DNA from: Candidatus Latescibacterota bacterium
GTDB lineage: Bacteria > Latescibacterota > UBA2968 > UBA8231
Direction: 5' to 3'
Assembly: GCA_965204725.1 (NCBI GenBank)
Contig: OZ242005.1
Coordinates: 1,472,001-1,536,000, forward strand
DNA: 64,000 nucleotides
Made by a program: the position numbers and the translations under genes. Below, one piece after another: positions 9,431-18,286 of this stretch. A model generated the notes under the pieces. It worked only from the letters and a program-made list of their open reading frames with translations. It was not told where the DNA came from and ran no database searches. Numbering within the stretch: the stretch's first letter is position 1; each line of letters opens with the position of its first letter.

Positions 9431-11365
9431 TCACCGGCCCGCCGGAAACTCCGCTTCCCATAAGGTGCGGTCCTCTGCGGAAATCCACTGGCCGATATAG
9501 ATGCGGTCGATGGCGTAGTCGGGGAGCGGGGCGATCACCATACATCGGTCGTCGAACCGCTTGCCGTACCAGTCGAAATGGAAGTCGAGGTTATCGGAAT
9601 CGTACTGCTTGCGGTCGGGCGGCAGGTTCGCTGGGTCGGCGGGGACGACGTGTAGAACGAACTTCGCCTGTATGTCCGCAGGATCGCACGGTTCTTTGAG
9701 GTAAATCAGCTTGCGTCCGGTGCGGTACACGTTCCAGCCGGCGCGAACCACTCGCTCGCTCGCCTGTTCGATGAGTTGGTTCACGTAGCGTTGTTTCCGG
9801 GCGAGATGTCTGTCTGGATCGAAGGGTGCGTACGCCGTGCGGCGGAGGACGAGGCCGTCGGCCAGTTCAGCCACGGTTTCCACGCCGGGCAGGACGCGGA
9901 GGTCGAGGTCGTCGCAGTCGGGATAAGATTGCTTGTAGAACGTATAGAACCTATCAAACCAAACGATATGCGCCCCGGCCTCGATCCACCGCATTTTGTT
10001 GCGCTGGATATTTCGGTGCTTTCCTGGGACCGCGGCCCGATTCACAAACCAAGCAAGTGGTATGTGGCTGCTGTAAATCCTGCTCTCGATATGGTTGTCC
10101 CGCAGGTAGTTCAGCGTCTCGGACTGTTGCCAATAGGCGACGTTGTACGTCCCGTCTCCGTACCCGGCTCGCCATGCTTGGGCGGTACGACGGAGGTTTT
10201 CGTACGCCGAGCAGCCGACGTGGGCGAGGGTGGCCAGCCCGACGAGGGACACCAGCCCGTAGCGGACGGCCACCATCCGGCCGGCCGCGGCGATGGATAG
10301 GAACCGATCGAGCAGCAACGCCGCCTCCAACAGCAGCGGCACGTATATCGGCAGCAGGTAGCGGCTGTCAATGCCCTGATAAACCGTGAGGGGCACGACC
10401 GCGACCATGAATACGAGGTAAGCTACGGAAAACGCCTCGAATGGGAGCGCCGGATCCAACCCGAAGGACCGGGGCGCGGCCTCTGGGTCAGGCTGGCGAT
10501 AGCGAAGGACGACCGTGGCACCGGCGAGGACGACCGCGGCGACGGCCAGCCCCAGCAGATACGCCAACCCATCCGGCGCGTTGGGGGGGACGATCCACGC
10601 GCGGAAGACATCAACGGCTTGGCCCAGCCCATCGAATAGGGGTTGCCCCGAAGGCTCTCTGTTCCCTGTCGCTCGGGTCAGGTCCCCGGTGACCGCCCAA
10701 TTGTGCGTCAACACCGCCAGCAAGGGCACGGACGAGATCGCGCCAAAGATGAGGGTCTGCCTTAGCCGGGCGGTGGGCAGCAGCACGAGGACGCCAGTGC
10801 CAATCAGTGCCACGCCCGGCCAGCGGGTCAGGGCGGCCAGTGCGGTGAAAACCGCCGCCCACCACAGGGGCGCGGTCGTCCGCCGGTTGAGGAAGGCCGC
10901 CAACTGAATCAAGGCGAGGAGCGTGAGCAGGACGAAGAGGATTTCGGTTTCGAGGAAGGCCGCCCAATGGCTCAAGGGCAGCGCGGCCGGGATGGTCGCA
11001 GTAGCCGCCAGCACCAGCCAGCGCGACCGGAGATGCGAGCGCAGCCAGCACCCGGCGGCGAGGATGGTCAGCCCGAAGGCGGTGGCGTTGATCAACCGAC
11101 CTGCTTCCAGCGGATCGACGCCGATCCAACCGCTGGCCGCCAGCAGCAGGGGGAACAAGGGCGGCCATCCCACCATCGGGCCGCCCGAGAAAAACCGCCA
11201 GCCCTCTCCCGCGAGAAAGTTTATGGCCGTAGAAAGGAAAGCTGTGCCGCCTGGGCCGACCGCGGCGCCGTAGGTGGCGGTGCGGACGAGGATGTGGGCG
11301 GTGCCCAGCCCGGCGATGCAGGCGATGAGCAGGGTGGTGCGGTCGCGCCAGAACCGGGCGATCAC
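9431..11365 (-). CDS. Array copy 6
   Basis: Probable GTG start at 11365 overlapping the TGA of copy 7 (GTGA). Confidence 0.8.
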   Translation of the reverse strand: MIARFWRDRTTLLIACIAGLGTAHILVRTATYGAAVGPGGTAFLSTAINFLAGEGWRFFSGGPMVGWPPLFPLLLAASGWIGVDPLEAGRLINATAFGLTILAAGCWLRSHLRSRWLVLAATATIPAALPLSHWAAFLETEILFVLLTLLALIQLAAFLNRRTTAPLWWAAVFTALAALTRWPGVALIGTGVLVLLPTARLRQTLIFGAISSVPLLAVLTHNWAVTGDLTRATGNREPSGQPLFDGLGQAVDVFRAWIVPPNAPDGLAYLLGLAVAAVVLAGATVVLRYRQPDPEAAPRSFGLDPALPFEAFSVAYLVFMVAVVPLTVYQGIDSRYLLPIYVPLLLEAALLLDRFLSIAAAGRMVAVRYGLVSLVGLATLAHVGCSAYENLRRTAQAWRAGYGDGTYNVAYWQQSETLNYLRDNHIESRIYSSHIPLAWFVNRAAVPGKHRNIQRNKMRWIEAGAHIVWFDRFYTFYKQSYPDCDDLDLRVLPGVETVAELADGLVLRRTAYAPFDPDRHLARKQRYVNQLIEQASERVVRAGWNVYRTGRKLIYLKEPCDPADIQAKFVLHVVPADPANLPPDRKQYDSDNLDFHFDWYGKRFDDRCMVIAPLPDYAIDRIYIGQWISAEDRTLWEAEFPAGR

Positions 11366-13641
11366 CGGCTGGCTGGAAACTCTGCTTCCCATAAAGTGCG
11401 GTCCTCTTCGGCAATCCACTGGCCGATCTGGATGCGGCCGATGGCGTAGTCGGGGAGCGGGGCGATCACCGTACAGTGGTCGTCGAACCGCTCGCCGTAC
11501 TGGTTGAAATAGAAGTCGCGATTATCGGAATCGTACTGCTTTCGGTGGGGTGGCAGGTCGGCGGGGTCGGCCGGGATGATGTGCAGAACGAACTTCGCTT
11601 GTACATCGGCGGGGGTACACGGTGCTTTGCGGTAGATCAGGTTGCGTTCGGTGCGGTACACGTTCCAGCCGGCGCGCACCACTTGCTCGCTGGCCTGTTG
11701 GATGAGTTGCTGCAACCGGACCGGCGGCAACTTTGCTTCCCAGAGAGTGCGGTCCTCTTCAGGAATCCACTGGCCGATCTGGATGCGGTCGATGGCGTAG
11801 TCGGGCAGCGGGGCGATCACCGTACAGTGGTCGTCGAACCGCTCGCCGTACCAGTCGAAATGGAAGTCGCGATTATAGTAATCGTACTGCTTGTGGTCGG
11901 GTGGCAGGTCGGCGGGGTCGGCCGGGACGACGTACAAAACGAACGTCCCCTGTACGTCGGCGGGGGTACACGGTGCTTTGCGGTAGATCAGCTTGCGTCC
12001 GGTGCGGTACACGTTCCAGCCAGAGCGGGCCACTTGCTCGCTGGCCTGTTGGGTGAGTTGCTGCACGTAGCGTTGTTTCCGGGCGTGATGCCTTTTTGCA
12101 TCGAAGGGTTCGACCGCCGTGCGGCGGAGGACGAGGCCGTCGGCCAGTTCGGCCACGGTTTCCACGCCGGGCAGGGCCCGGAGATCGAGGCCGTCGTAGC
12201 CGAGAAAAGCTCGACCAAAGCCCCTCTCAAGCCAAACGATATGCGCCCCGGCCTCAATCTCGGTCCACCGCGTCCTGCGCTGGAGAACTCGGTGCTTTTC
12301 TGGGCTGGCGGTCCGGTCCGCAAACCAAACAAGTCCTCTGCGGTTGCTGTAAATCCTGCCCTCGATATGGTTGTCCCGGATATAATTCAGCGTCTCGGAC
12401 TGTTGCCAAGGGGCGGCATTGTACGACCAGTAATTGTACAACTCGTATCCGGCGACATAAGCTTGGGTGGTACGACGGAGGTTTTCGTGCGCCGAGAAGC
12501 CAACGTGGGCGAGGGTGCCCAGTAAGACGAGAGACGCCAGCCCGTAGCGGATGACAACTAGCCCGCCCGCCGCGGCGATGGACAGGAACCGGTCTAGCAA
12601 AAACACGGCCGTCAACAGCAGCGGCACGTATATCGGCAGCAGGAATCGGAGGCTGATTCCACTTGGAACTGTGAAGGGCACGATGGCGGTGATGAATAAG
12701 GAGTAGATCAAGACGAACGCCCCGAATGGGAGTGCCGGCCCCAAGCGGAAGGACCGCGGCGCGGTGCGTTCGGGGTTGCGAAGGATGACCGTCGCACCGG
12801 CGAGGACGACCGCGGCGACGGCCAGCCCCAACAGATACGCCAACCCATCCGGCGCCGTTGGGGGGACGATCCACGTGTGGAACGCATCAACGGCTTGGCC
12901 CAGCCTATCGAAAAGGGGTTGCTCCGAAGGCTCTCTGTGCCCTGTCGCCCGGGTCAGGTTCCCGGTGACCGCCCAATTCCGCGTCAATACCGCCAGCAAG
13001 GGCACAGACGAGATCGCGCCAAAGACGAGGGTCTGCTTGCGCCGGGCGGTGAGCAGCAGCACGAGGACGCCAGTGCCAATCAACGCCACGCCCGGCCAGC
13101 GGGTTATCGCGGCTAGTGCGGTGAAAACCGCCGCCCACCACAGGGGCGCGTCCGTCTTGCGGTTGAGGAAGGACGCCAACTGCCTCAAAGCGAGGAGCGT
13201 AAATAGGACGAAGAGGGGCTCGGTTATGAAGTGGGACGCGAAATGGCTCAAGGGCAGGGAGGCCAAGATGGCCACGCTGGCGGCCAGTGCCAGCCACTGC
13301 GACCGGAGATGCGAGCGCAGCCAGCACCCAGCGACGAGGATGGTCAGCCCAAAGGCCACGGCGTTGATCCACCGACCCGCCGCCAGCGGATCGATGCCGA
13401 CCCAACCGCCGGCCGCCAGCAACAGGGGGAACAAGGGCGGCCACTGCACCATCGGTCTGCCTGTGAAATCCCGCCAGCCCTCTCCCGCGAGGAAGTTTAT
13501 AGCCGTAGAAAGGAAAATCGAGGAGTCCTGGCCGACCGCGGCTCCGTAGGTGGCGGTGCGGACGAGGATGTGTGCTGTCCCCAGCCCAGCGATGCAGGCG
13601 ATAAGCAGCACGAAGGGGTCGCGCCAGAACCGGGCGATCAC
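11362..13641 (-). CDS. Array copy 7, with duplicated C-terminal domain
   Basis: GTGA-coupled start; two tandem C-terminal domains joined by WEAKLPPVRLQQ. Confidence 0.82.
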   Translation of the reverse strand: MIARFWRDPFVLLIACIAGLGTAHILVRTATYGAAVGQDSSIFLSTAINFLAGEGWRDFTGRPMVQWPPLFPLLLAAGGWVGIDPLAAGRWINAVAFGLTILVAGCWLRSHLRSQWLALAASVAILASLPLSHFASHFITEPLFVLFTLLALRQLASFLNRKTDAPLWWAAVFTALAAITRWPGVALIGTGVLVLLLTARRKQTLVFGAISSVPLLAVLTRNWAVTGNLTRATGHREPSEQPLFDRLGQAVDAFHTWIVPPTAPDGLAYLLGLAVAAVVLAGATVILRNPERTAPRSFRLGPALPFGAFVLIYSLFITAIVPFTVPSGISLRFLLPIYVPLLLTAVFLLDRFLSIAAAGGLVVIRYGLASLVLLGTLAHVGFSAHENLRRTTQAYVAGYELYNYWSYNAAPWQQSETLNYIRDNHIEGRIYSNRRGLVWFADRTASPEKHRVLQRRTRWTEIEAGAHIVWLERGFGRAFLGYDGLDLRALPGVETVAELADGLVLRRTAVEPFDAKRHHARKQRYVQQLTQQASEQVARSGWNVYRTGRKLIYRKAPCTPADVQGTFVLYVVPADPADLPPDHKQYDYYNRDFHFDWYGERFDDHCTVIAPLPDYAIDRIQIGQWIPEEDRTLWEAKLPPVRLQQLIQQASEQVVRAGWNVYRTERNLIYRKAPCTPADVQAKFVLHIIPADPADLPPHRKQYDSDNRDFYFNQYGERFDDHCTVIAPLPDYAIGRIQIGQWIAEEDRTLWEAEFPASR

Positions 13642-15959
13642 CGGCTGGCCGGAAACTCTGCTTCCCATAAAGTGCGGTCCTCTTCGGCGAGCCACTGGCC
13701 GATATAGATGTGGTCGATGGCGTAGGCGGGGAGCGGGGCGACAGCGATACAGTGGTCGTCGAACCGCTCGCCGTACTGGTAGAAATAGAAGTCGAGATTC
13801 TCCGAACCGTACTGCTTTCGGTGGGGTGGCAGGTCGGCGGGGTCGGCCGGGATGACGTGCAAAACGAACTTCGCCTGTACATCGGCGGGGGTACACGGTG
13901 CTTTGCGGTAGATCAGCTTGCGTCTGGTGCGGTACACGGTCCAGCCGGCGCGCACCACTTGCTCGCTGGCCTGTTGGATGAGTTGCTGCAACCGGATCGG
14001 CGGCAACTTTGCTTCCCAGAGGGTGCGGTCCTCTTCAGGAATCCACTGGCCGATATGGATGCGGTCGATGGCGTAGGCGGGGAGATGGGCGATCGCGATG
14101 CACTGATCGCCCAGCCGGAAGCCGAGGGATTTCCGCCGAGAGCCATAGTCGAAATAGAAGTCGAGATTCTCCGAACCGTACTGTTGGCGGTGGGGTGGTA
14201 GGTCGGCTGGGTCGGCTGGGACGACGTCCAAAACGAACGGTGCCTGCACGTCGGCGGAAGTGCATGGCTCTTTGCGGTAGATCAGCTTGCGTCTGGTGCG
14301 GTACACGTTCCAGCCAGCGCGGCGTACTTGCTCGCTGGCCTGTTGGATGAGTTGGTCTATGTAGCGTTGTTTGCGGGCGCGATGCCTTGCCGCATCGAAG
14401 GGTTCGTACGCCGTGCGGCGGAACACGACGCCGTCGGCCAGTTCGGCCACGATTTCTATGCCGGGCAGGAGACGGAGGTCCAAGTCGTCGTAGCCGAGAC
14501 GTTCTCGACTCTCATAATAGAACTCATCAAGCCAAACGATATGCGCCCCAGCCTCGATCTCGGCCCACCCCATCTTGTGCGGGATGTTTCGGTACGTTCT
14601 CAACTTAGCGGCGGTCCGATCCCCAAGCAAAGCAAATGTTGCCTTGTTGCTGTAAACCCTGCCGACGATATGGCTGTCCCGGATGTACTGCAGGGTCGCG
14701 GAATGTTGCCAGCGGGCTTGCCAGCGGAGGAGCTTTCTCGGCGTGTTTTTTCTGTACCCGGCGACATAAGCTTGGGTGGTACGGAGGTTTTCTCGCGCCG
14801 AGAAGCCGACGTGGGCGAGAGCACCCAGCCCGACGAGGGCTGCCAGCCCGTAGCGGACAGCCCCAGCCCACCGCCCTATGGACAGGAAGCGATCGAGCAA
14901 AAACACCGCCACCAACAGCAGCGGCACATATACCGGCAACAGGTAACGGAAGGGGAACGGACAGGGGGTCACGAGCGGCACGATGGTGACCATGAATACG
15001 AGGTAGGCTACGGCGAACCCCCCGAAGGGGAGCGCCGGCCCCAACCCGAAGGGGGGCGACTTGCCGCCCCTGCCTACGCTGCGACCCGACCAAACGACGA
15101 CTGCCCCCGCTGCCAAAATGACTAGCCCAGCCGCCATCGACAGGAGATAACCCAACCCGTCCGGCGCGTTGGGGGGAATCGCCCACTCCCGGAATACAAC
15201 CGCCATTCGGCTCATCGTATCGAATAAGGACTGACCCGACCCGCTTCTACTCGCCCCGGTCAGGGTCCCGGAGACCGCCCAGTTGTGCGTCAGCACCCCT
15301 GCGAGGGGAATGGACGCGACTGCACCAAATACGATGGTGTGCTTTAACCGAGTGGTCAGCGGCGGGGCGCGACGCACCAGCAGCACGAGGACGCCGGTGC
15401 CGATTAGCACCACGCCCGGATAGCGGGTTATTGCGGTCAGCGCGGTGAAAACCGCCGCCCACCACAGGGGCGCGGCCGTCTTGCGGTGGAGGAAGGCCGC
15501 CAACTGGATCAAGGCGAGGACCGTAAACAAGACGAAGAGGGGATCGGTTATGAGGCGGGACGCCCAATGGCTCAAGGGTAGGGAGGCCGCGATGATCGCG
15601 GTGGCGGCCAGCGTCAGCCACTGCGACCTAAGATGCGAGCGCAGCCAGCACCCAGCGGCGAGGATGGTCAGCCCGAAGGCCGCGGCGTTGATCCACCGAC
15701 CCGCTTCCAGCGGCTCGATGCCGACCCAACCGAAGGCGGCCAGCAACAGGGAGAACAAGGGCGGCCATATTGTCATCGGTTCGCCCGAGAATTCCCGCCA
15801 GCCCTCTCCCGCGAGGAAGTTCAGGCCCACCTGAAGGAAGGCAGCTATGTGGATTGGGCTGGGCGAGGTGGCAATGCGGACGAGGATGTTCGCGGTGCCC
15901 AGCCCGGCGATGCAGGCGATGAGCAGCACGAAGGGGTCGCGCCAGAACCGGGCGATCAC
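13638..15959 (-). CDS. Array copy 8, duplicated C-terminal domain, divergent first loop
   Basis: GTGA-coupled start; first loop reads SPSPIHIAAF instead of YGAAVxxDS. Confidence 0.82.
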   Translation of the reverse strand: MIARFWRDPFVLLIACIAGLGTANILVRIATSPSPIHIAAFLQVGLNFLAGEGWREFSGEPMTIWPPLFSLLLAAFGWVGIEPLEAGRWINAAAFGLTILAAGCWLRSHLRSQWLTLAATAIIAASLPLSHWASRLITDPLFVLFTVLALIQLAAFLHRKTAAPLWWAAVFTALTAITRYPGVVLIGTGVLVLLVRRAPPLTTRLKHTIVFGAVASIPLAGVLTHNWAVSGTLTGASRSGSGQSLFDTMSRMAVVFREWAIPPNAPDGLGYLLSMAAGLVILAAGAVVVWSGRSVGRGGKSPPFGLGPALPFGGFAVAYLVFMVTIVPLVTPCPFPFRYLLPVYVPLLLVAVFLLDRFLSIGRWAGAVRYGLAALVGLGALAHVGFSARENLRTTQAYVAGYRKNTPRKLLRWQARWQHSATLQYIRDSHIVGRVYSNKATFALLGDRTAAKLRTYRNIPHKMGWAEIEAGAHIVWLDEFYYESRERLGYDDLDLRLLPGIEIVAELADGVVFRRTAYEPFDAARHRARKQRYIDQLIQQASEQVRRAGWNVYRTRRKLIYRKEPCTSADVQAPFVLDVVPADPADLPPHRQQYGSENLDFYFDYGSRRKSLGFRLGDQCIAIAHLPAYAIDRIHIGQWIPEEDRTLWEAKLPPIRLQQLIQQASEQVVRAGWTVYRTRRKLIYRKAPCTPADVQAKFVLHVIPADPADLPPHRKQYGSENLDFYFYQYGERFDDHCIAVAPLPAYAIDHIYIGQWLAEEDRTLWEAEFPASR

Positions 15960-18286
15960 CGGCTGGCCGGAAACTCTGCTTCCCATAAAGTGCGGTCCTC
16001 TGCGGCAATCCACTGGCCGATATGGATGCGGCCGATGGCGTAGTCGGGGAGCGGGGCGACAGCGATACAGTGGTCGTCGAACCGCTCGCCGTACTGGTTG
16101 AAATAGAAGTCGCGATTATCGGAATCGTACTGCTTGCGGTGGGCTGGCAGGTCGGCCGGGTCGGCCGGGATGACGTGCAGAACGAACTTCGCCTGTACAT
16201 CGGCGGGGGTACACGGTGCTTTGCGGTAGATCAGCTCGCGTTCGGTGCGGTACACGTTCCAGCCGGCGCGCACCACTTGCTCGCTGGCCTGTTGGATGAG
16301 TTGCTGCAACCGGATCGGCGGCAACTTTGCCTCCCAGACGGTGCGGTCCTCTTCGGCCATCCACTGGCCGATATGGATTCGGCTGATGGCGTAGTCGGGG
16401 AGCGGGGCGATCACCGTACAGTGGTCGTCGAATCGCTCGCCGTACTGGTTGAAATAGAAGTCGAGATTATCAGAATCGTACTGCTTGTGCTTGCGGTGGG
16501 CTGGCAGGTCGGCGGGGTCGGCCGGGACGACGTGCAAAACGAACTGCCCCTGCATGTCGGCGGGGGCACACGGTGCTTTGCGGTAGATCAGGTTGCGTTC
16601 GGTGCGGTACACGTTCCAGCCGGCGCGCACCACTTGCTCGTTGGCCTGTTGGATGAGTTGGTTCACGTAGCGTTGTTTCCGAGCGTGATGCCTTTTTGCA
16701 TCGAAGGGTTCGTATGCCGTGCGGCGGAACACGACGCCGTCGGCCAGTTCGGCCACGATTTCCATGCCGGGCAGGACCCGGAGGTCGAGGCCGTCGTAGC
16801 TGAAATAAGCTCGGTTATAGAACGGCGCAAACCAAACGACATGCGCCCCGGCCTCGATTTTGGTCCACCGCATCGCGAGCATGATACGTAGGTGCTTTCT
16901 CGGGGCGGCGGTCCAATCCGCCAACCAAGCGAGTGATTTCTTACTGGTGTAAGTTCTGCCCGCGATATAATCCGCCAACCAAACAAGTGGTTTCTTGTTG
17001 GTGTACATCCGGCCCTCGATAGGGTTGTCCCGCAGGTATTTCATAGTCTCGGACTGTTGCCAATAGGCGGTGTCGCCGTACCCGGCTCGCCATGCTTGGG
17101 CGGTAACACGAAGGTTTTCGTGCGCCGAGTAGCCGACGTGGGCGAGGATGGCCAGCCCGACGAGGGACGCCAGCCCGTAGCGGACAGCCCCCATCCAGCC
17201 CGCCGCCTTGATGGACAGAAACCGATCGAGCAAAAACACGGCCGTCAACAGCAGCGGCACGTATATCGGCAACAGGTAGCGGCTATCGACGCCCTGCATA
17301 ACCGTGAAGGGCACGACGACGATGAGGAATACGAGGTACGCTACGGCGAACCCCCCGAAAGGGAGAACCGGCCCCAAGCGGAGAGGGTCATTCCGGCCGT
17401 TGTTGCTTCGGATTCGGGCGGCGCGGAGGATTACCGCCACGCTGGCGAGGACGACCGCTGCGACCGCCAGCCCCAGCAGATACGCAACCCCGTCCGGCGC
17501 GTTGGGGGGGATGACCCACGTGCGGAACACCTCGACGGCTTGGCCCAGCCCAGCGGATAGGGACTGCCCCGAGGGATAGCGGTCTCCTGTTGCTCGAGTC
17601 AGGCTCCCGATGGCCGCCCAATTCCGCACCAATACCGCCAGCAAGGGCACGGACGAGATCGCTCCAAAGATGAGGGTCTGCTTGCGCCGGGCGATGGGCA
17701 GCAGGATGAGGACGCCAGTGCCGATCAGGGCCACGCCCGGATAGCGGGTCAGGGCGGCCAGTGCGGTGAAAACTGCCGCCCACCATAGGGGCGCGGTCGT
17801 CCTTCGGTTGAGGAAGGACGCTAGCTGGGTCAAGGCGAGGAGCGGAAACAGGACGAAGAGGGGCTCGGTTCGGATTTGGGGTGCCCAATTGCTCAAGGGC
17901 AGGGAGGCCGCGATGATCGCGGTGGCGGCCAGCGTCAGCCACTGTGACCGGAGATGCGAGCGCAGATAGCAGCCGGCGGCGAGGATGGTCAGCCCGAAGG
18001 CCGCGGCGTTGATCCACCGACCCGCCGCCAGCGGCTCGATGCCGACCCAACCGCCGGCCGCCAGCAACAGGGGGAACAAGGGCGGCCATCCTGTCAGCGG
18101 TCTGCCCCTTAAATCCCGCCAGCCTTCTCCCGCGAGGAAGTTCAGGGCCGTGGATATGAAAGTAATGGAATCCGCGTTGACCCCCGCGCCGTAGGTGGCG
18201 GTGCGGACGAGGATGTGTGCTGTCCCCAGCCCGGCGATGCCGGCGATGAGCAGGGTGCAGGGGTCGCGCCAGAACCGGGCGATCAC
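15956..18286 (-). CDS. Array copy 9, duplicated C-terminal domain
   Basis: GTGA-coupled start; two C-terminal domains; internal 54-bp duplication. Confidence 0.82.
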   Translation of the reverse strand: MIARFWRDPCTLLIAGIAGLGTAHILVRTATYGAGVNADSITFISTALNFLAGEGWRDLRGRPLTGWPPLFPLLLAAGGWVGIEPLAAGRWINAAAFGLTILAAGCYLRSHLRSQWLTLAATAIIAASLPLSNWAPQIRTEPLFVLFPLLALTQLASFLNRRTTAPLWWAAVFTALAALTRYPGVALIGTGVLILLPIARRKQTLIFGAISSVPLLAVLVRNWAAIGSLTRATGDRYPSGQSLSAGLGQAVEVFRTWVIPPNAPDGVAYLLGLAVAAVVLASVAVILRAARIRSNNGRNDPLRLGPVLPFGGFAVAYLVFLIVVVPFTVMQGVDSRYLLPIYVPLLLTAVFLLDRFLSIKAAGWMGAVRYGLASLVGLAILAHVGYSAHENLRVTAQAWRAGYGDTAYWQQSETMKYLRDNPIEGRMYTNKKPLVWLADYIAGRTYTSKKSLAWLADWTAAPRKHLRIMLAMRWTKIEAGAHVVWFAPFYNRAYFSYDGLDLRVLPGMEIVAELADGVVFRRTAYEPFDAKRHHARKQRYVNQLIQQANEQVVRAGWNVYRTERNLIYRKAPCAPADMQGQFVLHVVPADPADLPAHRKHKQYDSDNLDFYFNQYGERFDDHCTVIAPLPDYAISRIHIGQWMAEEDRTVWEAKLPPIRLQQLIQQASEQVVRAGWNVYRTERELIYRKAPCTPADVQAKFVLHVIPADPADLPAHRKQYDSDNRDFYFNQYGERFDDHCIAVAPLPDYAIGRIHIGQWIAAEDRTLWEAEFPASR

